Shown here: positions 18,068 to 28,400 of the stretch, piece by piece
How positions within the stretch are numbered: the stretch's first letter is position 1
Layout of the letters: the number at the start of each line of letters is the position of its first letter
Assembly: GCA_965223845.1 (NCBI GenBank)
Contig: CBDCXR010000004.1
Location: 5,024,001 to 5,088,000, forward strand
Reading direction: 5' to 3'
DNA length: 64,000 nucleotides
Source of the DNA: Planctomycetota bacterium
GTDB taxonomy: Bacteria > Planctomycetota > UBA8108 > SXIK01
The notes under the pieces: generated by a model
The model's database searches: none
Told to the model about the DNA's origin: nothing
What the model saw: only the letters and a program-made list of their open reading frames with translations
Program-made: the position numbers and the translations under genes

Positions 18068-19423
18068 ATGGCCGATCTCAAAAGCCTTGTCCATGACCGC
18101 GAAGACGCACTCCTCGACGAGCTGAAGGCTCTTCTTCGAATTCCGAGCGTCAGCACCGACCCCGCTCGCGCGAGCGACGTCGCCCGCTGCGCCGCTTGGG
18201 TTCACGAGCGCGCGGCGAATGCCGGATTTCGAGTCGAAACGATCGCAACCGACGGCCATCCGGTCGTTCTCGGCGAGCTGCTCGTCGACCCCTCCCGCCC
18301 CACCGTTCTCATCTACGGCCACTACGACGTCCAGCCGCCCGACCCGCTCGACCTGTGGCGCCACGGTCCCTTCGAGCCGACAGTCGAAGGTGAGTATCTC
18401 GTCGCGCGCGGCTCGACGGACGACAAGGGTCAATTCTACGCCCTCCTCAAGGGAACGGAGCTCGCGCGCGAGCTCGCCGGTTCGCTCTCGGTCAACGTGA
18501 AAATCCTGATCGAGGGAGAGGAAGAAGTCGGAAGCCCGAATCTCGTTCCGTTCATTCGCTCGCACGCGGATCGCCTCACCTGCGACGTCGTCGTCATCGC
18601 GGATTCCTGTCAATTCGCGCGCGACGTGCCGGCGATCACCTACGGACTGAAGGGGCTCGCCTACCTCGAGATCGTCGTCCGCGGAGCGGCCACCGACCTT
18701 CACTCCGGATCGTTCGGGGGCGCGGTCGCGAATCCCGCCAATGTCCTCACGCGGCTGATCGCCGCCTGCCAATGCCCCTTCGGACGCGTCGCGATTCCCG
18801 GATTCTACGACGACGTGAAACCGATCGAGGACTGGGAACGAAAAGAGTTCGCCAAGCTGCCGTTCGACGACGAGCAGTTTCGCCAGTCGATCGGTGCCCC
18901 GGAGCTCTTCGGAGAAGAAGGCTACTCGACGCTCGAGCGACGCTGGGCGCGGCCGACGCTCGACGTGAACGGTCTCCTCAGTGGATTTACTGGCGAAGGC
19001 GCGAAGACGGTGCTTCCGTGCGAGGCGCGCGCGAAGTTCTCGATGCGCCTCGTACCCGATCAGACCCCCGAGCGCATCACCGAGCTCGTTCGCGAGTTTC
19101 TGAACGAGATCGCTCCGTCGACGGTCGAGCTCGACATCATCGACCACCACGGCGCACACCCCGTGCTCCTTCCGACGGAGGGGCGGTTCGTGGACGCCGC
19201 GATGCGTGCCTACGAACACGGCTTCGGGTGCCGGCCGGTGTTTATCCGCGAGGGCGGCTCGATCCCCGTCGTCAACACGTTCCGCGAGGAGCTCGGTGCG
19301 GACAGCTTGCTCCTCGGCCTCGGCCTACCCGACGACGGCGCCCACGCGCCGAACGAGCGATTTCGCATCGAAGACTACTACCGCGGCATCGTCACGATGG
19401 GTCGATTTCTCGCGGAGATCTAG
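18068..19423 (+). CDS. M20 family dipeptidase (ArgE/DapE-like)
   Basis: Start MADLKSL at 18068; YGHYDVQP, RGSTDDKG, EGEEE, DLHSG, GGSIP and HAPNE motifs. Confidence 0.92.
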   Translation: MADLKSLVHDREDALLDELKALLRIPSVSTDPARASDVARCAAWVHERAANAGFRVETIATDGHPVVLGELLVDPSRPTVLIYGHYDVQPPDPLDLWRHGPFEPTVEGEYLVARGSTDDKGQFYALLKGTELARELAGSLSVNVKILIEGEEEVGSPNLVPFIRSHADRLTCDVVVIADSCQFARDVPAITYGLKGLAYLEIVVRGAATDLHSGSFGGAVANPANVLTRLIAACQCPFGRVAIPGFYDDVKPIEDWERKEFAKLPFDDEQFRQSIGAPELFGEEGYSTLERRWARPTLDVNGLLSGFTGEGAKTVLPCEARAKFSMRLVPDQTPERITELVREFLNEIAPSTVELDIIDHHGAHPVLLPTEGRFVDAAMRAYEHGFGCRPVFIREGGSIPVVNTFREELGADSLLLGLGLPDDGAHAPNERFRIEDYYRGIVTMGRFLAEI

Positions 19424-19634
19424 CCACGGTGCGTCCTCTCTCGAGAGGCTCGACGTTCCACCGCGGCCTTTATCATTCGCGCAGGTCGGGGAACGGGCTA
19501 TACTGCGCCCTTCTTAAGCTCGGGTCTGGCCGAAGGACGAGTCGCGGATGCCTCGACGCCGCCAGCCCGCGTCGACCGGCTCCGAAGCCGGATGCGAAGT
19601 GAAGAATGAGTTGTGGAGAAACTGAGGAGCCCCC

Positions 19635-20417
19635 GTGGTTCAGACAACCGTCCCGAGTGGACGTCTAGAAGACGCCCGCATCGCGTTCTTTTGCGATTTC
19701 GAGAACATCGCGCTCGGAGTGCGCGACGCGAAGTACAAGAGCTTCGACATCGGCAAGGTTCTCGAACGCATCGTCGAGTACGGCAAGATCGTCGTTCGCC
19801 GCGCCTACGCCGACTGGGACGCGTACAGTCGCTACAAGCGAGCGTTTCACGAAGCGGGAATCGAGCTCATCGAGATTCCACGAAAGGCGTACAGCGGGAA
19901 GAACTCGGCGGATATCCGGATGGTGGTCGACGCGATGGATCTATCGTTTTCGAAAGATCACATCAACTGCTTCGCACTCGTGAGCGGAGACAGCGACTTC
20001 TCTCCACTCGTTTCGAAGCTCCGCGAGAACGACAAGTACATCGTCGGGGTCGGCGTCAAGAATTCGACGAGCGATCTCCTCGTCGAGAGCTGCGACGAGT
20101 TCATCTATTACGATGACATCGTCCGGGTGCAGCAGGGCTCATCCTCGACGAAGCGCCTCCGCGGGGCGACGGACAAAGAGAAAGAAGCGTTCTCCCGCGT
20201 CCTCAACGCGATCGAGGCTCTCGTGCGTCAGGATCGCGAGATCATCTGGAGCTCGATGGTCAAGCAAGCGATCAAACGCAAGTACCCGCAGTTCAACGAG
20301 CAGTACTACGGCTACCGTTCCTTCTCCCACCTGCTTCAGGACGCGCAGAAGAAGAAGCTCCTCACGCTCTCGCGCGACGAACGGAGCGGGGGTTACGAGG
20401 TGCGGCTCCCGGAGTAG
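19635..20417 (+). CDS. NYN (LabA/DUF88) domain protein with C-terminal OST-HTH/LOTUS domain
   Basis: FCDFEN, KNSADIRMVVDAMD, VSGDSDF and YYGYRSFSHLL motifs. Confidence 0.92.
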   Translation: MVQTTVPSGRLEDARIAFFCDFENIALGVRDAKYKSFDIGKVLERIVEYGKIVVRRAYADWDAYSRYKRAFHEAGIELIEIPRKAYSGKNSADIRMVVDAMDLSFSKDHINCFALVSGDSDFSPLVSKLRENDKYIVGVGVKNSTSDLLVESCDEFIYYDDIVRVQQGSSSTKRLRGATDKEKEAFSRVLNAIEALVRQDREIIWSSMVKQAIKRKYPQFNEQYYGYRSFSHLLQDAQKKKLLTLSRDERSGGYEVRLPE

Positions 20418-20472
20418 GAGCTCGAGCGCATTCGCGTTTCTTGGGGTTATCCAACCACCAAGGGCATCGTCG

Positions 20473-20955
20473 CTAGTGCCCCCAATCGAGCACGCGCTCC
20501 CCGCTCGATTCGAATCGCCGCGCGTGGAGTACGATCTGCCCGGTGTGATACGCGTAGTGCGTTGCTACGTGGAGAGCCATGCGGAGGACCGTCGGCGACG
20601 CGCGTGACCAGTCGCTTTCCACGGCTCGGTCGAGGTCTTCCGGCCGAAGAGCGGCGAATACACCGCGCGTAACTCCCCGTGCCGACGCGAGCCCGTCGAG
20701 AAGGCCCGCGGCGTCCGGCCCGCTCTCCGCGTTGAACTCTCCGGCGCGATCACGCACGTAGCCGTTTCTACCGATGCAGGCCCCGATGTAGTGGTTTTCG
20801 TTTCCGGCGAGGTGGAGGCAGAGGTTTCCCACCGAGTTGCCCCCGTCCGGCGGGCGCAGCCAGAGATTGTCGGCTGGGATCCGTTCGAGGGCCGCGGCGA
20901 CAAAGCGGCGATGTTCCTCCATGGTGTCGAGGATCCCTTCGAGCGCCTTCTCCAT
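20473..20955 (-). CDS. DinB/DUF1572 family protein
   Basis: NSVGNLCLHLAGN, RDRAGEF and HYAYHTGQI; the ATG lies 1 nt after the stop of the upstream AhpD-like gene. Confidence 0.88.
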   Translation of the reverse strand: MEKALEGILDTMEEHRRFVAAALERIPADNLWLRPPDGGNSVGNLCLHLAGNENHYIGACIGRNGYVRDRAGEFNAESGPDAAGLLDGLASARGVTRGVFAALRPEDLDRAVESDWSRASPTVLRMALHVATHYAYHTGQIVLHARRFESSGERVLDWGH

Positions 20956-20956
20956 T

Positions 20957-21523
20957 TCAGTCTCCCTCCGTGGATTCCCACATCGACGGCTCGAGATCGC
21001 ATCCGAGCCCGTCGACGAGGCGATTCGCGTACGCAAAGAAGCCGACGACGTGAGCGACGTCGAGAATCTCGCGATCCGAAAGGCCCGCGCGTCGCATCGC
21101 TTCGAGATCGTTCTCGGCCATCCCGTGGGGTGTATGCGTGAGTTTCGCCGCGTACTCGCTCATCGCGCGTTCGCGCGCGCCGAGCTCCGACGAGCGCCAC
21201 TCGCGAGCGACCGCGTCCACCCAAGCCCGGCGCTCTCGAGGGACCACCGACCGGAGGTCCGCGGCGTGGGCGAGAAGTCAGTACCGGCAACCGTTCTCCG
21301 CCGAGACGACGACCGCGACGAGCTCGCGCTCGACTCGCGACAGCGGTGACGGGCCGAACATGAGCCGCTTGTAGAGCTCGACCCATGCGCGCAGCAGCTC
21401 GGGATGGAGACTCGAAATCTGGAGGACTTGCGACACGCGGCCCGCGCGGCGGAGCGCCTCCTCGTACTCCTCTTCGAGCACTCCGGTCGCTTCGTCGGGC
21501 GTCACTCGGCGAATCCAAGCCAT
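20957..21523 (-). CDS. AhpD/carboxymuconolactone decarboxylase-like peroxidase, predicted selenoprotein (UGA codon 82 = Sec)
   Basis: ORFs 21278..21523 and 20957..21247 are in the same frame and separated by a single TGA. Read-through gives ...VSAENG-C-R-Y-U-L-L-A-H..., the AhpD CxxCxxxH motif, and a complete 188-aa protein. Confidence 0.88.
21241..21260 (-). promoter_or_regulatory. Candidate bacterial SECIS hairpin
   Basis: On the mRNA strand, GGACC-U-CC-GGUC-GG-U-GGUCC starts 17 nt after the UGA, with G at the start of the apical loop. Confidence 0.6.
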
Positions 21524-21585
21524 CGCTCTCGTCTCCGCGTTTCGTAAGCGACTAGCCCGAGTTCCTCACCAGATTCGGTGAGCTC

Positions 21586-21725
21586 AGCGGCGAGCCGCCG
21601 TAGGTCGTGAACTGACAAGGAGGTGGCGCCGCACTGACCGGAGGTGTGCTTTTGGCACAGTGAGGATCAGGGTGGCGACACAACCGATGCTCAGTTCGCG
21701 CCAATAAGACGGCGCGGTCGGTGGC
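21586..21725 (+). ncRNA. Rod-shaped structured RNA, probable 6S RNA
   Basis: Nested stems GCCGT/ACGGC, GTGAACTGA/TCAGTTCGC, TGGCGCCGC/GTGGCGACA, CTGA/TCAG and TGTGC/GCACA with internal bubbles. The words ACAAGGAGGTGGCGC, CGACAC, GTTC and ACGGC resemble 6S RNA conserved elements. Ends uncertain. Confidence 0.5.
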
Positions 21726-21752
21726 GCAGTAGAATCTATCGAGAAATCCAGG

Positions 21753-22136
21753 CTAGGCTCCCAGTCGGGCGAGCGCGATTCCGCCGAGAAGCGCGACCGC
21801 GCCGACGCCGAGGTGAAGCAGGACATTCCCCACCGCCGACATCCCGGCGCCTTCGCGCGCCAGCGTGTACGAGTCGAGAGCGAATGTCGAGTACGTCGTA
21901 AAACTCCCGAGAAAGCCGGTCAGCAAGAAGAGTCGCACGTCGGGGGTAAACCAAGCGCGCGACTCGATCAGACCGGTCGCGAGCCCGATGAGAAAACAAC
22001 CGGCCATGTTCACCACGAGTGTTCCCGCGGGGAACTCGCTCCCGACCCGCCGCTGGATCCAAGTGCTCACGAAGAAGCGAAGGAGAGCTCCCACCGCGCC
22101 TCCGAGGGCGATCGCCGTCCAGCGTGCGGCCATCAT
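21753..22136 (-). CDS. crcB: Fluoride efflux channel CrcB/FluC
   Basis: GGAVGALLR, FPAGTLVVNMAGCFLIG and TGFLGSFTTYSTF motifs; ATGA overlap with the upstream TPR gene. Confidence 0.95.
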   Translation of the reverse strand: MMAARWTAIALGGAVGALLRFFVSTWIQRRVGSEFPAGTLVVNMAGCFLIGLATGLIESRAWFTPDVRLFLLTGFLGSFTTYSTFALDSYTLAREGAGMSAVGNVLLHLGVGAVALLGGIALARLGA

Positions 22137-24253
22137 TCGCCTCCGCCGGACCGAGCCGCGGCGAGCGCCGCGGACAGCCGCTCGTCGCCGGGGAAGCGAT
22201 CGAGCCCCGCTTCGAGGATACGGATGCCAACGACCGTGTCCCCCGCGAGCTTCGTGGCTTCGCCGAGAAGGCGAAAGCTGACGGGAGACACCTCGCGGCG
22301 GTGAAGCCGCTGGGCGAGCTCGAGCGCCCGCCCGCTGCGCACCTTCATCTTGACGTAGATTCCCGCGGCGTCGGCGAGCGCCGCTGGGAGATCGGGCTCG
22401 AGCGCGAGATATCGTTCGAGAAAATGGAGGCGGAGAAACACGTCCTGCGGCGCAGTCATCCCACCGAGGAGACCTCGAATCACATCCGCGTGGTCCGGCA
22501 GGAGATCGGACGCGAGGAAAAGGCAATCGAACGCGCGGGGGTCGCGCAGCGTCACGTAGAGCGATCCGAGCTCCTTGTACGTCGAACCGAGCTCCACGAG
22601 CGGCTTCTCTCCGATCGAAGCACGGAGCGCGTCGGCGCGGTCGCGCGCGCCGACCGCCGATCCGTACCGGCTGCGCAGCTCACCGGCGCGATCGGGCGGC
22701 GCGGACTCGAGCAGTAGCTCGTACGCATCGCGATGCTCCGGATGCGAAGCGAGAAGCCCTTCGAGAATTCGGACCGCTTCGGCCGTTTTCTTTGCGGCGA
22801 TCAACGCTCGGGCGCCCCAGAGGCGAACGTCGGGATACCGCTCACCGCCGCTGGCTTCCGCAGCGCGAAATCGCTCGAGCGCGGCTTCGTGATCGCGCTC
22901 GACGAGCCGAATGCGCCCCTCCCAGTACGGAATTTCCCACGCCTCCGGAGCCGAGTTCCTCACCGCCTCCAGCGAGCTTCGAGCGAGCTCGGGCTGGCCG
23001 GTCTCGACCGCGCCGCGCACGGCAGCGAACTGGAGTGGAAGCTCCGGCGCCTGCCCTTTGTCACGACCGCCGAGATCGCCTTCGGCCCGAAGCGCATCGA
23101 CGCCGGCACGCGCTGCCGCGTGCGCTTCGACCGACCGTTCGACGTCGAAAAGCAGGATCGCCTTCGCGAAGAGCAGACCCGACCGCGGCTGAGATCCGGC
23201 GGCGAGCGCCGCGTCGAGTGCGCGGATCCCAGTGAGCGTGCGGCCGAAGCGACCGCACAGCTCCGCGTAGTAGATGCGGAATCGCGGGTCGCGAGCGTCG
23301 ACCGCCATCGCCCGCTCGTAGTTCGCGAATGCGGCGGCAAAGCGTCGCTGTCGAGTGAGGTTTGCGGCGCTCTGCCCGAGTGCGAACGCGGTCATCCCCG
23401 TCCGTGTGAGCTGCTCCTCGACGAACTCCTCGAACGCGTACTTCGAAATGTTCTGGTAGATGCTCTCGACGAACTTCCCCTCTCCGCGCAATCGGCGGCG
23501 GTAGTACGTCTTCGCGAGCTCCGAGTAGGCAGCGCCGAAAAACGGGTCCGCGGTGAGCAGCTCGACGAATTGATCGCACGCGTCTTCGTAGCGCCGCGCC
23601 GAACGCAGCGCGCGGCCGTAGTCGAGACGAGCGCGCCGCGCTTCGACACCGAGATCCCCGGCGAGAGCGGCTTCGATGCGTTCCACCGCGGCCTCCGCCT
23701 CGCCGAGCTCGAGAAGAACTCGTCCGAGTGACACCGACGCCCGGACATCCTTCGGCCGGGCGCGAAGAAGTGCTTCGAATCGCTCTCGAGACTCGTCGAA
23801 TCGCCGGAGGAGAAAGAGGCTGTCGCCGAGGAGCCCGAGGAGCGCGGGGTCCGTACCTCCCGAGCACGCGAGCGCGCGTTCGCCGGTGGTCACGGCGGAT
23901 TCGAAGCGCTCGGTACGGTGATACGCGCGGGCGAGGATTCCGTCGAGGCGACACCGTTCGTCCGCGGAAACCGGTCCGGCCACCGTGCTCGCCACCCGCA
24001 CCGCGTCGTCCCAGCGGCTCTCTCCGAGGAGTCCTTCGGCGCGGGAGATCGCAGCCGCGGCGCCGAGGCCGGTCTCGACTGTCGACGACGACGGCGGCCT
24101 TGCCGTCTCTCGCGTCGCGCCGGCATCCGAGCCGGGGGTCGAGGCGCGCGGTTCACACGCGACGAGCGCGATTGCGACGAGCAGGACTTGCGCCGCGCCA
24201 AGCCCGTCGACGTCGCCCGGGAGCGTTCTCGATCTGCGACGGAACCGAGTCAC
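22133..24253 (-). CDS. Tetratricopeptide repeat protein (probable lipoprotein)
   Basis: Repeated TPR helices (LGDSLFLLRRFDESRERFEALL, LGRVLLELGEAEAA); lipobox-like LVAC; start overlaps the surA-like stop. Confidence 0.85.
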   Translation of the reverse strand: MTRFRRRSRTLPGDVDGLGAAQVLLVAIALVACEPRASTPGSDAGATRETARPPSSSTVETGLGAAAAISRAEGLLGESRWDDAVRVASTVAGPVSADERCRLDGILARAYHRTERFESAVTTGERALACSGGTDPALLGLLGDSLFLLRRFDESRERFEALLRARPKDVRASVSLGRVLLELGEAEAAVERIEAALAGDLGVEARRARLDYGRALRSARRYEDACDQFVELLTADPFFGAAYSELAKTYYRRRLRGEGKFVESIYQNISKYAFEEFVEEQLTRTGMTAFALGQSAANLTRQRRFAAAFANYERAMAVDARDPRFRIYYAELCGRFGRTLTGIRALDAALAAGSQPRSGLLFAKAILLFDVERSVEAHAAARAGVDALRAEGDLGGRDKGQAPELPLQFAAVRGAVETGQPELARSSLEAVRNSAPEAWEIPYWEGRIRLVERDHEAALERFRAAEASGGERYPDVRLWGARALIAAKKTAEAVRILEGLLASHPEHRDAYELLLESAPPDRAGELRSRYGSAVGARDRADALRASIGEKPLVELGSTYKELGSLYVTLRDPRAFDCLFLASDLLPDHADVIRGLLGGMTAPQDVFLRLHFLERYLALEPDLPAALADAAGIYVKMKVRSGRALELAQRLHRREVSPVSFRLLGEATKLAGDTVVGIRILEAGLDRFPGDERLSAALAAARSGGGE

Positions 24254-25392
24254 GGGTCCTTCGGCTCAACGGGCTCGGCGGCCCGCGGTGCGCCCTCTTC
24301 CGGAGGCGGTTCCTGCGGGCGCGGGGGGAGCGTCGGCAAGAAGATGTCGATGCGAGTCTTGCGCCGTTGCTCCTCGAGAAACGCCCGGCGCGCGAGCACC
24401 CTCCGCTGGTCGAGAAGATCCCCGCGGATCGCGACCTGAACGTCGTCGAAGGACTGCGGATCACCCGTGACGACGTCTTCGACCTTGAAATAGTGAACGC
24501 CCACGCCCGTCAAGACGCGCTGCGACGTTTCTCCCTTCCGGAGCTTCTTCAGCTCATCGCGAATCTTCGGGCGGGAACTTTCGAGCTCGTCGGCAGTCAG
24601 AGTGCGCACGGACGCAGCAAGATCGGGAAAACCGTTCACGGCGTCGTCGGCGTACCGACGCGCGAGCTCGTCGAACGTGACGCCTTTCGCCAGTCCGTCG
24701 TCGACCGCCGCGGCGGCCCGGCTCGCGTCCGGGCGCTTGATCGAGATGAAGATCTGCCGAAACGATACTTCGAGCGGCGTACTGAACTGATCTTGATTTC
24801 GCAGATAGAACTCGCGGAGCTCTTTCGGTGTGACAAACGCGTTCACTCGCTGAGGAAATACCTCTCGCCAGAGGTACTTCTCTTCCATCATCTGGTGCTT
24901 CAAAAACTCCCGGTACTCCTGCGCGCGCCATCCGTTCGTGCGTCGGAGAAGCTGGAAGAGATCCTTCACGCTGTGTACGGGGTACCCTTCTTGACGCATG
25001 CGCTCGACGCGTTTCCGCAGTTGCGCTTCGACCTGCTCGGGAGCGATATACGGCTTCTCTTCCTTCCGCTCGATTCGATGAACGAGGTGGAGGATCAGCT
25101 TCTGGTCGATGAGCTGCTGAAGCTCGCGGTGCTGGAGATCGAGCCGCGCCCAGTCGAGGAGGGGTTTCGAGTATCCAGGCGGCGCGGACTGCACTTCGAA
25201 GCGGACCTGCCGGTCGAGCTCGGATTGCGTGACGAACGTGTCACCGACGATCGCTACGATGCCCCCCGACTGTCCATCGCGAAGCGGCCGGGCCTCTTCG
25301 ACCGGCTCCTGGGCGCGGAGAGAGACCGCAAGCAGCAGGCCGACAAAAACGGCCTCGAAGCGACGGGAAGATGGGGACGTCAGGAAGCGCAT
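24250..25392 (-). CDS. SurA/PrsA-like parvulin peptidyl-prolyl isomerase
   Basis: Signal peptide; IVAIVGDTFVTQSEL (SurA N-terminal domain); VSFRQIFI, TFDELARRYADD and GVHYFKV (PpiC). Directly downstream of mfd. Confidence 0.88.
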   Translation of the reverse strand: MRFLTSPSSRRFEAVFVGLLLAVSLRAQEPVEEARPLRDGQSGGIVAIVGDTFVTQSELDRQVRFEVQSAPPGYSKPLLDWARLDLQHRELQQLIDQKLILHLVHRIERKEEKPYIAPEQVEAQLRKRVERMRQEGYPVHSVKDLFQLLRRTNGWRAQEYREFLKHQMMEEKYLWREVFPQRVNAFVTPKELREFYLRNQDQFSTPLEVSFRQIFISIKRPDASRAAAAVDDGLAKGVTFDELARRYADDAVNGFPDLAASVRTLTADELESSRPKIRDELKKLRKGETSQRVLTGVGVHYFKVEDVVTGDPQSFDDVQVAIRGDLLDQRRVLARRAFLEEQRRKTRIDIFLPTLPPRPQEPPPEEGAPRAAEPVEPKDP

Positions 25393-25493
25393 CGCGAATT
25401 CGAACGGACGAGGACTAGTTACGGCGACCTTCCCTTACTTTACCGCGGAGCTCGCGCTCGCTTCTACTCCGCCGCGAGAAACCCACGCGAACG

Positions 25494-28400
25494 TCACCGC
25501 GCCCGGGCGCCGGACGGCACGGCACCCCCGTCCAACAGATCGACCGGAAACTCGCGATTCCGCACCCATTCGAGGGCAATCCGAAACGCGAGATCGTCGC
25601 TCGGGGGTTCCGCGTAGCGACGCGCCGGATGAACGAGGCGAATCGCCGCCGTCCGGCTATCGAGAACCGCAACGCGCAGCGGACAGCTCTCCAGCAGCTC
25701 GCCCATCGATTCGCGCCCCTCGAGGACGAGACTTCCGTCCTGGACGCGGATCGCTTCCACGCCGCTCCGAGCGCAATGAATGCGCAGAATCTGGAGGTCG
25801 ATCAGCGTCTCCACCGGCGGCGGCAACTCGCCGAATCGATCCCGGATCTCCGCCGCGATCTCGCGCACGTCGTTTTCGTTGGCGGCCTGCGACACGCGCC
25901 GATAGACGTCGATCTTCGGTCCTTCGCCCGGAAGGTAATCGTCCGGGATCAACGCCTGAACGGCGAACTCGACCTCGACATGAACCGGTTCGGCGTAGTC
26001 CTCCTCGCGGAGCCTTCGTACCGTGGCCTCGAGCAATCGGCAGTACATTTCGTAGCCGACCGCGGCGATATGCCCACTCTGTTCCGGCCCGAGGATGTTG
26101 CCGGCTCCGCGCAGCTCGAGATCGCGCATCGCGATCTGGAACCCGGCGCCGAGATCGGAAAACTCGACGAGCGCCTGGAGGCGCTTCGCCGCCTCCGGAT
26201 TTACGTGGCGGTGTTCAGGCAGAATCAGATAGCAGTACGCCTGGTGCCGGTAGCGACCGACGCGTCCGCGAAGCTGATGGAGGTCGGCGAGACCGTAGAT
26301 GTCCGCTTCGTCGACGAAGATGGTGTTTGCGCTTCGGATGTCGATCCCGCTTCCGATGATCGTCGTCGAGACGAGAACGTCGATCTCGCCGCCGAGAAAG
26401 CGCACCATCACCTCTTCGAGCTCGTCCTCCTTCATCCGGCCGTGCGCCGACACGATTCGCGCCTCGGGAACGATGCGCTCGAGCTCGAAGCGGACCCGGT
26501 CGATATCGTGGATCCGATTGTGGAGGAAAAACACCTGACCGTCGCGGTTGAGCTCGCGGATGATGATCTCGCGGACACGGTCGGGATCAAAGCGCATCAC
26601 TTCGGTGTCGACCGACGTCCGTCCGGCGGGTGCCGTCGTCAGACTCGAAATGTCCTTGATCCCGAGAAGGGACATATGAAGGGTGCGCGGGATCGGCGTC
26701 GCGGTCATGGTGAGGACGTCGACGCACGAGCGAAGGCGCTTGAACTTCTCCTTGTGCGCAACACCGAAACGCTGCTCTTCGTCGACGACGAGCAGGCCCA
26801 GGTTGCGAAAGACCACGTCGTCCGAAAGCAGTCGATGCGTTCCGACGAGAACGTCCACTCGACCCTCGGCCGCGGCGCGCAGCACCGCTCGCTGCTCTTT
26901 TGCCGAGCGGAATCGACTGAGGACGTCGACCGTGACCGGGAAACCCTTCGCGCGCTCGGTAAACGTCCGGAAGTGTTGCTGCGCGAGGATCGTCGTCGGA
27001 ACGAGGATTCCCACTTGGTAGCCGTTCTCGACCGCTTTGAACGCCGCACGCATCGCGAGCTCGGTCTTCCCGTAGCCGACGTCTCCGCAGATGAGACGAT
27101 CCATCGGCCGGTCCGAGACCATGTCGCGTTTGATCGCCTCGGTCGCCGTCACTTGATCCGGCGTGTCCTCGAACGGAAACGCTGCCTCGAATGCGCGCTG
27201 CCATTCGGTGTCGCCCTCGAACCGGACGCCCTTGCGTTCCGTGCGGAGGGCTTGGAGCTCGAGGAGATCCGAGGCGAGATCGACGAGCGCGCTCTCCACC
27301 GCTTCCTTCTTGCGCGCCCAGCTGACGCCGCCGATCTTGTCGAGCGTCGGTGGCCGATCCCCGCTCCCGATGTACTTCTGAACGAGCTCGATCTTCGAGA
27401 CCGGAACGTACACTTTGGTCTGACCGCGATACTCGAGGGCGAGGAACTCTTGGAGGAGACCGTCTTTCTTGAACCGCTCGATCCCGAGGTAGCGTCCGAT
27501 GCCGTGAACGACGTGAACGATGTAGTCGCCCTGCTTGAGCTCGACGAAGTTGGTGATCGCCCGACCGGGTGCCGTTCTCGATCGCACTCGCCGGACGATC
27601 TGCCGGCCGAGAAGCTCGCGCGCGGTGAGCACGGCCGTATTCAGAACGTGCGCCTCGAATCCCCGACGAAAGCTCCCGACTTCGAGGACGAGCGAAGTCG
27701 CGGCGGGATCTTGGAGCCCATGGTCGCCGAGAAGCTCCGCGAGCCGGTCGACTTCCGCCTCGGAATCGCAGATGAGGCGAACGGAGCGTCCCGAGGCGGC
27801 GTACGAGCGGAGTTCGGCGACCGTACGATCGAGGTCAGCCGACTGAAACCGCTCGACCGACCCGAACTCGAGCGCGACCGCGCTCGACGCTCCCGATGCC
27901 GACGCACCCGACTCGGGATGTACCGAAGTACGAAGAGACGCCTTCGCATCCACCCGTTCGCGCCACGAAGCGAACACGTCGTCTGAGGCTCCGCCGAGCA
28001 CGTTGCGAAAGATCTTCGCGGCACGCGCGTGGACCGCCGCGGAATCCTGGACGACGACTTCCCCATGCGTACCGAGGAGATCGACGAGGAGCGGCTCCTC
28101 GCCGCGGAAGCAATCGCGGAAGAGCGCAGACTTCTCGACGAGCAGGAATCCGCAGGCCTCGCGCTCCGACCCGGCGATCGATCGCTGCGTCTCCGGCCGA
28201 AACTCGCGAATCGATTCGACGGTGTCGCCGAAGAACTCGATCCGGAGCGGATTCGGTCCCTCGAATCCGAAGACGTCGAGGACGTCGCCTCGGTGCGAGA
28301 GCTCGCCCCGCTTGTCGGTGAGCGGGACAGCGCGCATTCCGCGCTCGACGAGAGACGCGGCGAGAGCGGCCGGGTCGAGGTCCGCGCCGACCGAGACGTC

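Noticed and set aside
21278-21280. Nonsense-mutation pseudogene reading of the AhpD-like gene
   Set aside because: The TGA falls exactly on the catalytic Cys position and is followed by a SECIS-like hairpin; both halves are intact.
21586-21725. tRNA-Sec, SRP RNA or fluoride riboswitch
   Set aside because: There is no cloverleaf or TTCA anticodon loop and no SRP CAGG...GGAA...AGCAG motif. It lies downstream, not upstream, of crcB.
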